A stretch of 64,000 nucleotides of DNA from Chiloscyllium plagiosum (Eukaryota): contig NC_057719.1 of NCBI RefSeq assembly GCF_004010195.1, positions 87,483,633 through 87,547,632 of the forward strand, written 5' to 3'. Below, piece by piece: positions 12,011 to 24,812 of the stretch. Within the stretch, counting starts at the first letter, position 1. Each line of letters starts with the position of its first letter. The notes under the pieces were generated by a model that worked only from the letters and a program-made list of their open reading frames with translations, had not been told where the DNA came from and ran no database searches. A program made the translations under genes and the position numbers.

Positions 12011-12943
12011 ATTCTACTAACCTCCTGTTTCTATACTCATGAGGACCCAGCACTAGGAATAATCCTGTGAACACCTTTGAGGTCCTGTTTTTAAAATTTC
12101 AATCAGTATATCATTCACATGAGATTTGAGCTTAACCCTCAATGTCTCATTGGCAAACTCCATGATACAGGGTTAAACAATACCTCAGGTTTCATGTCTG
12201 GTCAGATCTGGCTCCAGGACTGCAGCTGCAATCCTATAACTGAACTGACTTCTGCTGACCTAGGGGCAGAGAAAGGAAATAATTCCCACTCTTCAATACT
12301 GCCCAGGAGTGAGTGAGTGAATGTTTCTCTCTCTCTCTCTGTTTAAATGAGCAAACTGCATATTCATTTCTCTATCTATATGTGTGTATGTTTGTCTGTC
12401 CCTGTGTTTGTGTGTATACATGGATGTCTGCGCATGCCTGCGCATCTGTATTCATCAATAAAGTTGTTTCTATATGTGGTGGAGTTAAAAAAATAAACAG
12501 AAAATCTTGGAGAAACTCTGCAGGTTGGGCATCAGCTGTGGAGACAGAAAGGGAGGAAAAGTTTCAAGTGTAACGTGAATCTTCAGAAGACCATGATACC
12601 CCCAGCATCTTACAGTACACATAGAACATAGAACAGTACAGCACAGTACAGGTCCTTCAGCCCATGATGTAGTGCTGAGCATTTATCTTAATCTAAGATC
12701 AATCTAATCAGTTAGCCCACTGACCCTGATACCTCAGTGTTACTCAAGACATTGTAGTCTCTCTAACAGGATGTTAAGAGGTCATGTTATGAACTTTACG
12801 TTGTGGTTGGACACAACATATTGGACCCTTCACTGGGTGATTTAGGTGGGAAGCTGGGTCCTGCACATTTTATCGGAGTCTCTGAGAAAGCCTTGGCAGG
12901 AAGCTGTGTTTCCAGGAGGTTAACCCGAATGTAGCAGCTGTAC

Positions 12944-13114
12944 CTTCCTCAGGTCGTCCACTCGCACTTCATTTGCCATCACCTCCTTCTCCACAGCCTC
13001 GTGTCTCTTCAGTTTGCGGAGGATGTTTGTTGGGTCCCGGTATGACTCATCCGAGGCAATTTTGAACTTCTCATCGATCCACATTAGGAGCTCAGCTACA
13101 TCTCTGTTAAATTC
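12944..13114 (-). CDS. SPTBN5: Beta-spectrin exon 17
   Basis: ctctag|EFNRDVAELLMWIDEKFKIASDESYRDPTNILRKLKRHEAVEKEVMANEVRVDDLRK|gtacag; 171 nt. Confidence 0.92.
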
Positions 13115-14245
13115 CTAGAGGGATGGAAATGAAGAAATAAAGTATTGTTATGGCTCAGTCAGACTGCTCTTTGAGTACAGCGTTCCGTTATTATCACTTC
13201 AAGGAGTGGTAAATCACCAGGATGGTACCTGGACTCAAAGTTTTAAATTCTGAGGAGAGGCCACATTGGCTGGGCTCGTAGCCCCCTGAGTTTAGAAGCC
13301 GGAGGAGGTAATCTTTCAAGATGGAGATTTGATAATGTTGTTGGTGAGGAGCTGTTTTCTCTGGTGGGGCAGTTCAAACCAAAGTGGTCAAATGTCACCA
13401 CTAGAGCTAAACCATTTAATGGGGACGCCAGAAGGCACTTTTTTAACAGAAAAGATAGAGAAAGTCTAAACTCTACTGCCCCCAAAATAGGCTGGTGAGG
13501 CGGAGGGGCAATTCAAAAGGGAGATTTTTCCTCACTAAGTGAGGGGCAGTTGTTCCCAGAAATTGTCCAGTCAAGTAATGGAACAGGCCTAAGGGGCTGG
13601 ATGGCCTATGTGCCAATCCCTCACGGAAGCTTCAGTTTAAATCTCCCGATTGGCGATGGCTGACCACATCACCAGCTTCCATTCATATATCTCTTAAGGA
13701 TGTGGAAAACCTTCACAATTTCTCCTCTGAGCCATCATTTCCTGCTAGTAATTGGCCCTGGGCTCCTGAGCTTATCCTCGCAGCTTATCCTCCCCTACCC
13801 TGCATCCATCCATCAGTTCTCCTTGCTTCTCATGGTACAGTAACTCTGCAATTGTACCCAGTATAACCAAGTGAGGAGGAGCACTGCCCAGATACATACT
13901 CAGTAACTTCATGAGTGGGGTACCATGCCCAAAGTTGTGCCCTATGGAATGAGGCATTGATGCCCAGAAATAGCCCGTGTTCTGAGAGTGTGCCTTCTGC
14001 GAACTCATTACCCCGAGATTTGTTGTCCACGTCTTTGCTGTCCTTACTGATTCTCCCATTATTTAGTATCACTGAGCTCTCTACTGAAATAACTGCAACC
14101 ATTAACCGACTCAGAATGTTGACTACCCTTTGAGAAATGATTCATAGACTGTGAAGTACTGAGAGACATATAAAAATTCTGACCGGTTTTCAATCTAATT
14201 CTTTGTTAACGAGTGAGACATCGAGTAGTCGGAATGGATAAAGAC

Positions 14246-14345
14246 CTGGAGTTTCTGTGAAGCAAGCAGTCTGCTCCTCCGGTAGTTGCTACTCCGATTG
14301 AGATCGGTCCACTTATCGCTGATCACAAACACCCTCTTCCGGATT
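14246..14345 (-). CDS. SPTBN5: Beta-spectrin exon 16
   Basis: gtctag|A IRKRVFVISDKWTDLNRSSNYRRSRLLASQKLQ|gtcttt; 100 nt, phase 2->0. Confidence 0.86.
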
Positions 14346-15213
14346 CTAGACAGACAGAGAAAGATTACAGACAGCTCCAAACCTGCCTGGATCAGTTGGG
14401 GATGTCCCCAGGATCTGAAAAGTGCTGCCAATAATGCAAGCCCTTTCTTTCCCATGACACGCGCCTGGTAATAATACCAGAACGATGTGGATTTGTATTG
14501 TGCCTCTTGTACCTCAGGGTATACTCCCAGAGTGTAATACAATCCCCGAAATGTCAGTCTCATTTTCCGCTGACAATATTCTGCCTATGAATGCAAGCTC
14601 GTGCCCCTGGACAGTGCATGTGCTCACAGAGATAAAATGCTTGAGGAGATGTTAAGAAGTGAATAAAGTGAGTAGGCTCGAAGGGCCGAACTCCTTGTTC
14701 CTAGTTTTATGTTCTAAGTGTTGAAGCACAGGACAAGATCACCAATGCATTGATCCTGCCAAAGCGGGGACAGACAATCACACATTAGTCTGAATCTGTC
14801 GATAAGAAGGCTGCTTTAAGAGCCAAGGACCGTATATAAGGCTTTAGTTAGAGTGGATACTATTACAAACATAAGATGGGTCCACTTCCTCGAAGAAAGT
14901 GCTAATTTGAGGTGAGTTCTTATGAAAAAATCCTGATTAGAAGTACGTATTAGTAAGCAAGAAGTAATTAATTAATGAAGTAATTAAAAAGTAAGAGATT
15001 TTGCCAAGAATGGAAGGTATGAGTCATAGAGTCAAACAGCATGGAAACAGACCCGTCAGTCCAAGCAGTCCATATCGAACATAATCCCAAACTAATCTTG
15101 TGCCACCTGCCTGCTTCTGGCCCATATCCTTCCAAACCTTTCCTATTCATGCATCTACCCAAATGTCTTTTAAATGTTGTACCCGCTTTGTCAGGAAGTT
15201 CTGTGTAAGGTTG

Positions 15214-15552
15214 GATTAGATTAGATTAGATTAGATTAGATTAGATTAGATTACTTACAGTGTGGAAACAGGCCCTTCGGCCCAACAAGTCCACACCACC
15301 CCGCCGAAGCGCAACCCACCCATACCCCTACATTTACCCCTTACCTAACACTACGGGCAATTTAGCATGGCCAATTCACCTGACCTGCACATCTTTGGAC
15401 TGTGGGAGGAAACCGGAGCACCCGGAGGAAACCCACGCAGATACAGGGAGAACATGCAAACTCCACACAGTCAGTCGCCTGAGGCGGGAATTGAGCCCGG
15501 GTCTCTGGCGCAGTGAGGCAGCAGTGCTAACCACTGTGCCACCGTGCCGCCC
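15214..15552 (-). mobile_element. Young full-length HE1-like V-SINE with (TCTAA)n tail, flanked by CR1 3' fragments
   Basis: tRNA-like head GGCACAGTGGTTAGC with B-box-like GGGCTCAATTCCC; near-identical to 46718, 47288 and 49338; CR1 tails at ~15020-15200 (-) and ~15555-15945 (+). Confidence 0.9.
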
Positions 15553-16383
15553 ACTTTTTTTCCCTGGATCGTAGGAGGTTGGGAGATGACCTTATTAGAG
15601 ACGTTCATAAAATAATGAGGGGTATACGCTGAATGGCAGGTGTCTTTTCCTTAGGGTAGGAGATTTCAAGACTATGGGGGATTTTTTAAGTTGAGAGGAG
15701 AAAGATTTTAAAAAGACCTGAGGGGCAATTTTTATTTTACATACAGAGTGCTTTGTGTGTGGAATGAACTTCTAGAGAAAGTAGTGGATACAGATACAGT
15801 TACAACATTTAAAAGACACTTGAATAGATAGGTGAATAAGAAATGTTTGGAGAGATATGGACCAAGCACGGGCAGGTGGGACCAGTTCAGTTTGAGATTA
15901 TGGTCAGCATGAATTGATTTATTTCCATGCTTTATGTCTCTATGAATGATTTCAGGTGACCATATGGTGTCGGAGTAGCTAACAAGTGCACAGCCTAGAA
16001 ATGGCAAGGCAGGTACCATTTTAACTAAAACTAGCCTGCTTGCATTGATGGACATTTCAAATCCATTCACAGACCGTAAGGGGCAAAATCGAGAGACAGA
16101 AAATTATTGGGCAAGGCACTTGCGAGGCCTTGTTAGCAGCACAGGCTGTCTGGAAATTTCATTTGAGGGGTACAAAAGCCACCTGGGGTTAGTCTTCAGG
16201 TTATCAGTACAAGGGTAAAAGTGAAATGTGTCCAGGATTCTCCTTCACTGACTCTAACCATGAAGCTAACCCAGCAGTGAATGTAACAGACTGTTCAATT
16301 CACAGTGCACCTCTTTCATGCTTCCACCCAAGACCCTGCTCATCCTTCTCTTCTGAGTTAAACCTAGAAAAGTACTGGGTAGT

Positions 16384-17580
16384 AGATGTAGGTTTGCTCG
16401 CTGAGCTGGAAGGTTCGGTTTCAGATGTTTCGTCACCATACTAGATAACATCTTCAGTGAGCCTCCGGACGAAGTAGCCCGCTTTCTATTTATATGTTTG
16501 AGTTTCCTTGGGTTTGTGATGACATTTCCCTGTGGTGGTGTCATTTTCTATGGTGATGTCATTTCTGGTTCTTTTTCTCGGGGGTGGTAAATGGGATCCA
16601 AGTCAATGTGTTTGTTGATGGAGTTCCGGTTGGAATGCCATGCTTCTAGGAATTCTCGTGTGTGTCTCTGTTTAGCTTGTCCTAGGATGGATGTGTTTCC
16701 CAGTCGAAGTAGTGTCCTTCCTCGACCATTTATAAGGATACTAGTGAGAGTGGATCATGTCTTTTTGGGTCTAGTTGATGTTCATGTATCCTGATGGCTA
16801 GTTATCTGACTGTCCAATGTAGTGTTTGTTACAGTTCTTGCAAGATATTTTGTAAATGACATTAATTTTGCTTGTTGCCTGTATAGGGTCTTTAAAGTTC
16901 ATTAGCTGCTGTTTTAGTGTGTTGGTGGGTTTGTGGGCTACCATGATGTCAAGGGGTCTGAGTAGTCTGGCAGTCATTTCCGAGATGTCTTTGATGTAGG
17001 GGAGAGTGGCTAGGGTTTCTGGACGGGTTTTGTCTGCTTGTTTGGGTTTGTTGCTGAGAAATCGGCGGACTGTGTTCATTGGGAACCCATTCTTTTTGAA
17101 TACACTGTGTAGGTGATTTTCCTCTGCCACCAGGATACACGAACATCAACTAGCCACAAAAAGACACTACCTACTCTCACCATTATCCTTACATATGGGT
17201 GAGGAAGGACACCAATTCGACTGGGACAACACATCCATCCTAGGACAAGCCAAACAGAGAGACTCACGAGAATTCCAAAAAGCATAGTATTCCAACTGGA
17301 ACTCTATCAACAGAAACATTCACTTGGATCCCATTTACCACCCCCTGAGACAAAGAACAGGAAGTTACGTCACCATAGGAAATGATGTCACCACAGGAAA
17401 TGACATCGCTAACCCAAGGAAACCCAAACATTTAAATAGAAAGTGGGCTACACCACCAGTGTTCATCTGGAGGCTCACTGAAGATGTTACCTAGTATGGT
17501 GACAAAGCAACCTAAAAATGAACCTTGCAGCTCAGCAAGCAAACCTACATCCAGAACTACAAATCTTCTCAAAACTTGCT
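16384..17580 (-). mobile_element. Truncated Penelope-like element with inverted pseudo-LTR
   Basis: ORF 16798..17130 LPY...VIYKISCKNCNKHYIGQ (GIY-YIG start); ~16385-16800 is inverted-repeated at ~17130-17551; 13-bp TSD agtactgg(g/a)tagt at 16371-16383 and 17581-17593. Confidence 0.85.
16421..16460 (-). ncRNA. Minimal hammerhead ribozyme motif in Penelope pseudo-LTR
   Basis: Minus strand TCA-CTGAAGA-T-GTTATC-tagtat-GGTGAC-GAAA-CA-TC-TGA. Confidence 0.7.
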
Positions 17581-17792
17581 AGTACTGGATAGTTTGCTCA
17601 ATGTTTTCCAAGGCTTGAGAGAGGAACAAAACCACATAATTCAAACTTAGCCATTGCTGGATGATTGGGATTGTGAAATCAACACTGACATCTCATTTTT
17701 AAAAAAATTATTGGTTGCTTAAGCTGAAGCTGCTTCAGCAGTATTTAATAATCTGCATTGCTTCAGAAGTATTTAATTAAGGTGTATTGTTC

Positions 17793-18105
17793 TGGTTAGC
17801 ACTGCTGCCTCATAGCACCAGGGACCAAGGTTCGATTCCCCCCTTGGGCGACTGTCTGTGCAGCCTTTGCACACTCTCCCCATGTCTGTGTGGATTTCTT
17901 CTGGGTGCCCTGGTTTCCTCCCATGATTCAAAGATGTGTAGGCCAGGTGAATTGGCCATGCTAAATTGCCTGTAGTGTTAGGTGCATTACTCAGTGGCAA
18001 ATATAGGGTAGGAGAATGGCTCTGGATGGGTTACTCTTTGGAGGGTCGGTGTGGACTTGTTGGGCCAAAGGGCCTGTTTCCATACTATAGGGAATCTAAT
18101 CTAAT
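17793..18105 (+). mobile_element. HE1-like V-SINE
   Basis: tggttagcactgctgcc...ggttcgattccc...aatctaatctaa tail. Confidence 0.85.
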
Positions 18106-18145
18106 AAACTGTAGTAATTTATGAGTATTTAATGATCTGTATTAT

Positions 18146-18645
18146 NNNNNNNNNNNNNNNNNNNNNNNNNNNNNNNNNNNNNNNNNNNNNNNNNNNNNNN
18201 NNNNNNNNNNNNNNNNNNNNNNNNNNNNNNNNNNNNNNNNNNNNNNNNNNNNNNNNNNNNNNNNNNNNNNNNNNNNNNNNNNNNNNNNNNNNNNNNNNNN
18301 NNNNNNNNNNNNNNNNNNNNNNNNNNNNNNNNNNNNNNNNNNNNNNNNNNNNNNNNNNNNNNNNNNNNNNNNNNNNNNNNNNNNNNNNNNNNNNNNNNNN
18401 NNNNNNNNNNNNNNNNNNNNNNNNNNNNNNNNNNNNNNNNNNNNNNNNNNNNNNNNNNNNNNNNNNNNNNNNNNNNNNNNNNNNNNNNNNNNNNNNNNNN
18501 NNNNNNNNNNNNNNNNNNNNNNNNNNNNNNNNNNNNNNNNNNNNNNNNNNNNNNNNNNNNNNNNNNNNNNNNNNNNNNNNNNNNNNNNNNNNNNNNNNNN
18601 NNNNNNNNNNNNNNNNNNNNNNNNNNNNNNNNNNNNNNNNNNNNN
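18146..18645. other. Assembly gap (500 N)
   Basis: Run of N. Confidence 1.
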
Positions 18646-19536
18646 CAGCACCACACTTTTCGACCCCATAGTAGATAAGCTGCTTTATTTCTGGAGTATT
18701 TAATAAGCTGTATTTCTCCAGGATACTGTACTGTTGCACGAGTCTCCAACTGTTCTTATTGTTGGAGAAGAGATCTGGGGTAAAATCAGTGAACTAATGT
18801 CTTTGTTCACTGCATTGGCCTTATTAGTAAAAGCTGACCTAGATATGAGTGATAGGGAAGAAGTCCCAGGGCCAACTGGGAGTAATCGAAGATATGAAAA
18901 GCAAAGGGAAAGTTTAACTGGTATCTGAGCCTTTGCTGAGATACAGAATCCAAAAACAACTGGGAGATCACTTAGGTTAGAATGAGGGCAAAAATGGAAA
19001 TAGATTAGCAACTGACATTAAAAAACTATTGTCTATAAACAAATTGTAAAACTATAAGTAATAGTTAGGAGTTGTATAGTTAGAAAGGATACTAATTAGA
19101 ATTCAGGAAGAAAACATTCTTGTGAAGGCAGAGAGCATGAATTAGGGACTAAATGAGTACTTTGTAACCACTTTCACTAAAGAAGAGGGAGCTGTCAATG
19201 AATCACAAACCGAGGAGGCAGTGCTGGTTGTCCATTGTGGCAAGAAAAGAGAGTAGTGAGGGCTGTGGCTCAGTCGGTGGGTCACACTCCAATGTAGCAT
19301 GGAGGCAGTACTGTACCTTCGGAGGTCCTATCATCTCAGATGAGATGTTAAACCAAGGCTCCATCTGCCTGTTCAGATGGATGAACACCATGCAATGTAT
19401 AGCAATCATCCAAGACTCTGCAATCAAGTTACATTAACAATAATCTTGAACTTCAGCAGCATAGATCTCTGCTTGAGAATGCACCTATTGCAGACCTGGA
19501 CATCAGCAAGCCAGTTACTAAGAGGCCAGTACGTAC

Positions 19537-19673
19537 GCATTAGTGTAGTTGCTATTTTTGGAGAGTCTGGAGGCTTTGTCCTGCAGCCCCCGAATTCTCT
19601 GGTCCGTTAGCTTCAGTACATTCTCATAGTCTTCGTGCCTCTTCAGCAGGCTGCTGACAGAATCCACATTGTC
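19537..19673 (-). CDS. SPTBN5: Beta-spectrin exon 15
   Basis: ttaaaag|DNVDSVSSLLKRHEDYENVLKLTDQRIRGLQDKASRLSKNSNYTN GC|gtacgt; 137 nt, phase 0->2; not in ORF track. Confidence 0.86.
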
Positions 19674-19739
19674 CTTTTAAAAGTAATACATACTGTTAGA
19701 GATCTCAGAGGTCACATTTATAGCCCGTTCTCATTTAAA

Positions 19740-20815
19740 CGGCAGTGTGGCTGCAGTGGGAGCACCTTCACCTCAGGGTCTGAAGCCTTTTGGGACTCAA
19801 ATCCAAATCTAGATCATTGAAGGCATGGCCCAGACTGGCACTCCATTGAAAAAGAGCTGCACAATCTCAAATGGGAGGACACCAAGACTCCAAATGCCTT
19901 TTTAAATGGATGTACAAGATGCCAGGTCACTACTTTAAAGAAAAGCAGGGGAGTTCAACTGATATCCTGGTCAGCTATCTCATAGTCAACTTTAGAGAAA
20001 CTGTCTATTTCATCATTATCACATTGCATGATCTGACAGCCTTGTGTTCCAACATCACAAATGTGATGATACTGTGTCTTTAAGAGATGTGTTCTGTGCT
20101 GTTTCTCTTGCAGAGGGGTGTTGTCACAGTGGTCTCCTTCAGACAGGCTGTTAGTAAACAGCTTTGAGTTCTCTCTGGGTGTCTTTTTTTGTGGGACAAA
20201 AGAATCATCAGTGGGCAGGGTAAAGATCCAAAAGGATTTTAGCTTTACTTTCAGTAGTTGGTGGTTGTTGTTGGCTGTTGGAGCTGAAAAGGTTGAGTTC
20301 TCTGCTGCTAGAGTGAAGTCTTAGAAAGAGAGATTTCCTCTTAAAAATCAGGAGGGGCAGATGGTTTATTTCAGCGTTTCTCAGTATCAGACTGGAAAAA
20401 GACAGCACATGAGAATAAATACTGTGTTGTTAAATTGCCTTTGCTAAGGGTGTGTTTATAAGATGCTGCCTATATTAGAACAGTTGATGATTAATGGTCA
20501 AATAATACATTATCTTCTTAAGTATTTCCGTAAAGTTATGTCATTTTTTTTGTTGTACAGTAAGTGTGTTGTAAGAATAAAGTGTATTTTGATTAAAGCT
20601 TAGTGGTGGATCAATCGAAGCATATCCAGAACACAACACCTTACACCTGCCTTTTAAAAAACGTGAAAGGTAGAGTCTAGGCTATCTCCTTTTTGGGAGG
20701 GGGGGAGTGGGGGGAAAGGGGTCTGGTCCATAACACAAATCACAGGTGTCTCATTGGGTGTGAAGTAATTCTGGTCCTCCTGAGATTTTGAAAGACACTG
20801 TGGAAGTTACTGTTC
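19740..20815 (+). mobile_element. Deu-domain SINE remnant split by an LTR insertion
   Basis: tRNA-like head near 19745, Deu-like core (aaagcaggggagttc...tcctggtcag), tail resumes after 20739; another remnant at 19260-19390. Confidence 0.55.
20062..20735 (+). mobile_element. Solo LTR (674 bp)
   Basis: TGTGATG...CATAACA imperfect inverted termini, 4-bp TSD caaa (20058-20061 and 20736-20739), AATAAA at 20576. Confidence 0.7.
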
Positions 20816-21134
20816 AAAGTCTTTCTTTTGTTTGTGATGTATTGAGGCCTGTGAGTACTCGGGGGTGCTGTCCTCGACTGTTGTTTAACCAGCTGCATGC
20901 TTCTGGGTAACGCCACCTTTTGAGATTCTCATCTCAACATCAGCTCAAGGTCTCACTCTCACCACCATTTGGTGAGAACTTGCCCTCAGCACCTCGATGT
21001 CACATGACCCCCGACTGGAAACAAACTTTCAGAGCGGGTTGGGTTGTTGGGGTGGCTAAGGGAAGAGGCACAAGGCCCATTCGGGAGGGCGAAACGGTCA
21101 GGGGAGGTCATCAGTCCAGAACCACATTCTCTGG

Positions 21135-21310
21135 AGGGGGAAGATGGGGTGAGGGGAGGTGGGGCAAGGGGAGGGAGTAAAGAGAAGAAGGGAAGAGGTG
21201 AGGGAAAATGAGGGAAGAGGGGGCGAAGGGAGGAGCGAGGTGAAGTTAGAGGAGGAGGCGAAGGGATGGGGCAAAGGGAAGAAGGGAAAGGGGTGAGGGA
21301 AGGGGATGTG
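21135..21310. repeat. G/A-rich polypurine low-complexity tract
   Basis: Directly visible. Confidence 0.85.
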
Positions 21311-21847
21311 ACCGTACTGGCAGAACTATGTTTCCTTACCCTACTGTATCATTCCTCTGCATTACTACAAATAGGAGTTAGTCTGCTTTAGGCACCATGT
21401 TCAGTTTATTTATAATTGGGCTAAGAGATTTCAATCTTGTTGGAGTCCACTCGATTCCTTCTGCAGATGTTAACCTATTATCCATCCCTTGCTGCCTGAA
21501 CCCATTGAAAATCAAATCAAGTCACATGGCACCTCAGATCAGTTAGGATAGTATTCCTCCTTCGTCTGGAGGACATCCATTTGCTGTTTGGGTTTTTACA
21601 AAGCAGCAACTTTTAATTCATTTCACCAATCCACAAACATTCACATTTATCAGCAATGTGGGATTAAGTTCTCAGACCTCCACGTTTACGAGTGGATATT
21701 GTACGCTAACCCAGGAAGTCTACTATGAACAGAGAAGTAGAGAGAAATGAAGCCCTTTGACTTTTCTCCACCAGTCAATTAGATCATGGTTGATCTCTTC
21801 CACTTGGCTGACTTCTCCCAGCCCACCCCCAGGACAGTGTACATTAC

Positions 21848-22082
21848 CCCGAGATCGCTGATTTTCAGGAAGGCTTCGTGACCAGCCAGAGTCGCTTCGA
21901 TGCGATCCGCCTCCCGGTTGAACTGCTGCAGCTCCAGCCCTTCCTGCAGCCTCGCGTTCCGCTCCTTCCACGCAGCCTCCAGCTCTGCCTGCACCTCCAT
22001 CACTTTCTGCATCGTGCGAGGGACCTCACCCACACAGTTCCCCTTCATCACCCGATCTCCCAGCTCGTGCAACTTCTCAAAC
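21848..22082 (-). CDS. SPTBN5: Beta-spectrin exon 14
   Basis: FEKLHELG...AWKERNARLQEGLELQQFNREADRIEATLAGHEAFLKISDLG|gtaatg; 235 nt, phase 2->0. Confidence 0.9.
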
Positions 22083-22266
22083 CTTTCATAAGACAGAGAG
22101 ATGCATTTGAACTCTAAGTTGGCACTCCCTACAATCAGTTTAGCCACCAGCTTCACTTCCCTGTCCCCAGCATCACACTTCACTGCCAACACTTTCCTAG
22201 CAACCAAGTAACTGCCTGATCCTCTGATCTCCTGAGCTTTACTTAGAACCAGACATTGACACTGAA

Positions 22267-22440
22267 GGGCTGAAAATGTGTTGCTGGAAAAGCACAGCAG
22301 GTCAGGCAACATCCAAGGAGCAGGAGAATCCACGTTTCAGGCATAAGCCCTTCTTCGGGGCTGCCTGACCTGCTGCGCTTTTCCAGCAACACATTTTCAG
22401 CTCTGATCTCCAGCATCTGCAGCCCTCACTTTCTCCTCGA
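22267..22440. mobile_element. Inverted Penelope pseudo-LTR fragment pair
   Basis: Same arms as 8464-8660; flanked by duplicated attgacactgaagg (22255-22268 and 22443-22456). Confidence 0.75.
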
Positions 22441-22539
22441 AGATTGACACTGAAGGATCTACCAGAACATTCCCTTTTCCCAAACTTTGGCTCAATAAAC
22501 AGAAGATATTAATTAAGATTGAGATGTGTTGAAGTCCAA

Positions 22540-24590
22540 AGGGATTTCATAATTCACTGGAGGTTAATGTGAAGTTGCAATCAGCAATTCGGAAGGCAAA
22601 TGGTACGTCAGTCCTTTTCTCTTGCAAGGAGATTTATGTACAGGAGCAAAGTGTCTTGCTTCAATTGAATAGAAGCTTGGTTAGGCTGTACCTGGGGTTA
22701 CCGTGTGTAATTCCAGTCTCCTTGCCTAATAAGGGATACATTACTCATAAAGCGAATACAATGGAGACTGATTCATAACTTCATAAGATATAGGAGCAGA
22801 ATTAGGCCACTCAGCCCATCGAGTCAGCTCTGCCATTCGATCATGGCTGATATGCTCCTCATCCCCATTTTCCTGCCTTCTTTCCATATCCCTTCACACA
22901 TTACCAATTAAAAATCTGTCTAACTCCTCCTTAAATTTACCCACTGTCCCAGCATCCACCACACCTGGGGTAGCGGATTCGACAGATTCACAACCCTTTC
23001 GGAGAAGTGGTTTCTCCTCAACTCTGTTTTAAATTTGCTCCCCCTTATCCTAAGACTATGACCTCTCATCCTAGAATGCCCCACATCCGCTCTACATCTA
23101 CTTTATCCATACCTTTTATCATCCCAAATACCTCAATTTGATCTCCCCTCATTCTTCGAAATAGCAGAGAGTATAGGCCGAAACTATTCAATCTCCCTTT
23201 ATATAACAAAACCCTCATCTCTGGGATCAATCGAGTGAACCTCCTCTGAACTGCCTCAATCTTTCCTCAAATAACGGGTCCAAAACTGTGCACAATACTC
23301 TCGCCAATGCCTTGTATAGTTATAATACTTCCTTACCTTTATATTCTAATCCTTCAGCTCTAAGAGCCAATATTCCATTCCCTTTCTTTATTATCTGCTC
23401 TAACTGCAGGCTAGTTTTCTGTAACTCAGGAACAAGTACACCTAGATCCCTCAGCACCGGAGCATCCCAAAGTCTTTCCCCAGTAAGATAATAAGTTGCC
23501 TTCCCATTTTTTTTGACCCAAATGAATGACCTCCCAGGAATAGTAGGACTGTGCTATACCAAGCGAGATTGAACAGACTGAGCCCGCATTCTCTGGAGTT
23601 TAGAACACTGTGAAGTGATCCCACTGAAACTTACAACAGTCTCGAAAGAGATCGGTGGATGGACGTTGAAAATCTGTTTCTCCAGGTTGGGGCTGGAGGT
23701 GGGGCATCCTAGTACCAAGGGACACAACGCAAGAACAAAAGGCAATGAAATAGACATGGGGTGGATGCTTCCTCTTGTGGGGCATTCTAGGAAGAGAGGT
23801 CATGGTTTTAGAATAAGGGGGAGCAAATTTAAAACAGTGTTGAGGAGAAACCATTTCTCCCAAAGGGTTGTGAATCTGTGGAAGGTGCGGTGGATGCTGG
23901 GACAGTGAGTAAATTTAAGGAGTTAGACAAGGTTTAATTGGTACTTTCCTCACTCAGGGCTTGGTAAATCTTTGGAATTCTCTACCTGTGCCTGTGAAAG
24001 CTGTTGTTTTAGTGAGTTCAAGGCAGATGTATTTCAGGGTGGGGTAGAGGCAAATGGAGCACCCATAGCAATTCCTTGAAGCTGAAGAATTCGGCTCGCC
24101 TTTCTCTAGGAAGAATGTTGTTAAACGTGAGAGGGTGCAGAAAAGATTTACTAAAATGATACCGAGACTGGGGGGGGTTTAAGCTAAAGAGAGAGGCTGA
24201 ATAGACTGGGCGCCCAGCCTCTGGTGGGTTAGAGGCTGAGGGCTAACCTTGTAGAGCTTTATAAAATCATGAGGGGCATGGATAGGGTCTTTTCTGCAGG
24301 GTAGAGGAGTCCAAACCTCAAGGGCATAAGGACTTAAGGTGAGAGGAGAAAGACTTAAAAAGGACGTGAGGGGTAACATTTTCAAGCAAAGGGTGGTGTG
24401 TGCATGGAATGAGCTGCCAGAGGCTGGTACAATTACAACATTTAAAAGGCATCCGGATGGGTATATGAATAGGAAGGGATTAGAGGGACATGGGCCGGGT
24501 GCTGGCAAATGGGACTAGGTCAGATTGGGATATTTAATCGGCGCGGACGATTCAGACTGAAGGGTCTGTTTCCATGCTGTATGACTCTAT
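22540..24590. mobile_element. Cluster of nested CR1 3' fragments
   Basis: CR1 ORF2 C-terminal and 3'UTR motifs; a minus copy at ~22780-23530 lies inside a plus copy; another plus copy at ~24090-24590. Confidence 0.75.
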
Positions 24591-24812
24591 GACAACGAAT
24601 TAAGTTGTTTATAATAAGCACAGCCACATGGACGAGGGTACTGGGGAGTTGGAGATCTAGCAGGCTGTCTTGCTGAGGGATGGAGCTGGAGAGGAAGTGG
24701 ACATTCAACAACAACCTCTATTTATATAACCGTGTATGAACCTTTCTTTGCCCCTTGGTGGTACCAGGTCCTAACAGTAAGAGGAATGACTCTTCTCTGG
24801 GTCTTGTCTTAC

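Noticed and set aside
15260..15574. Repeated ~100-aa ORF MWKQALRPNKST... as a gene family
   Set aside because: Antisense reading of the SINE, recurring at each copy
18119..18749. Long ORFs across the N run
   Set aside because: Artefacts of the assembly gap
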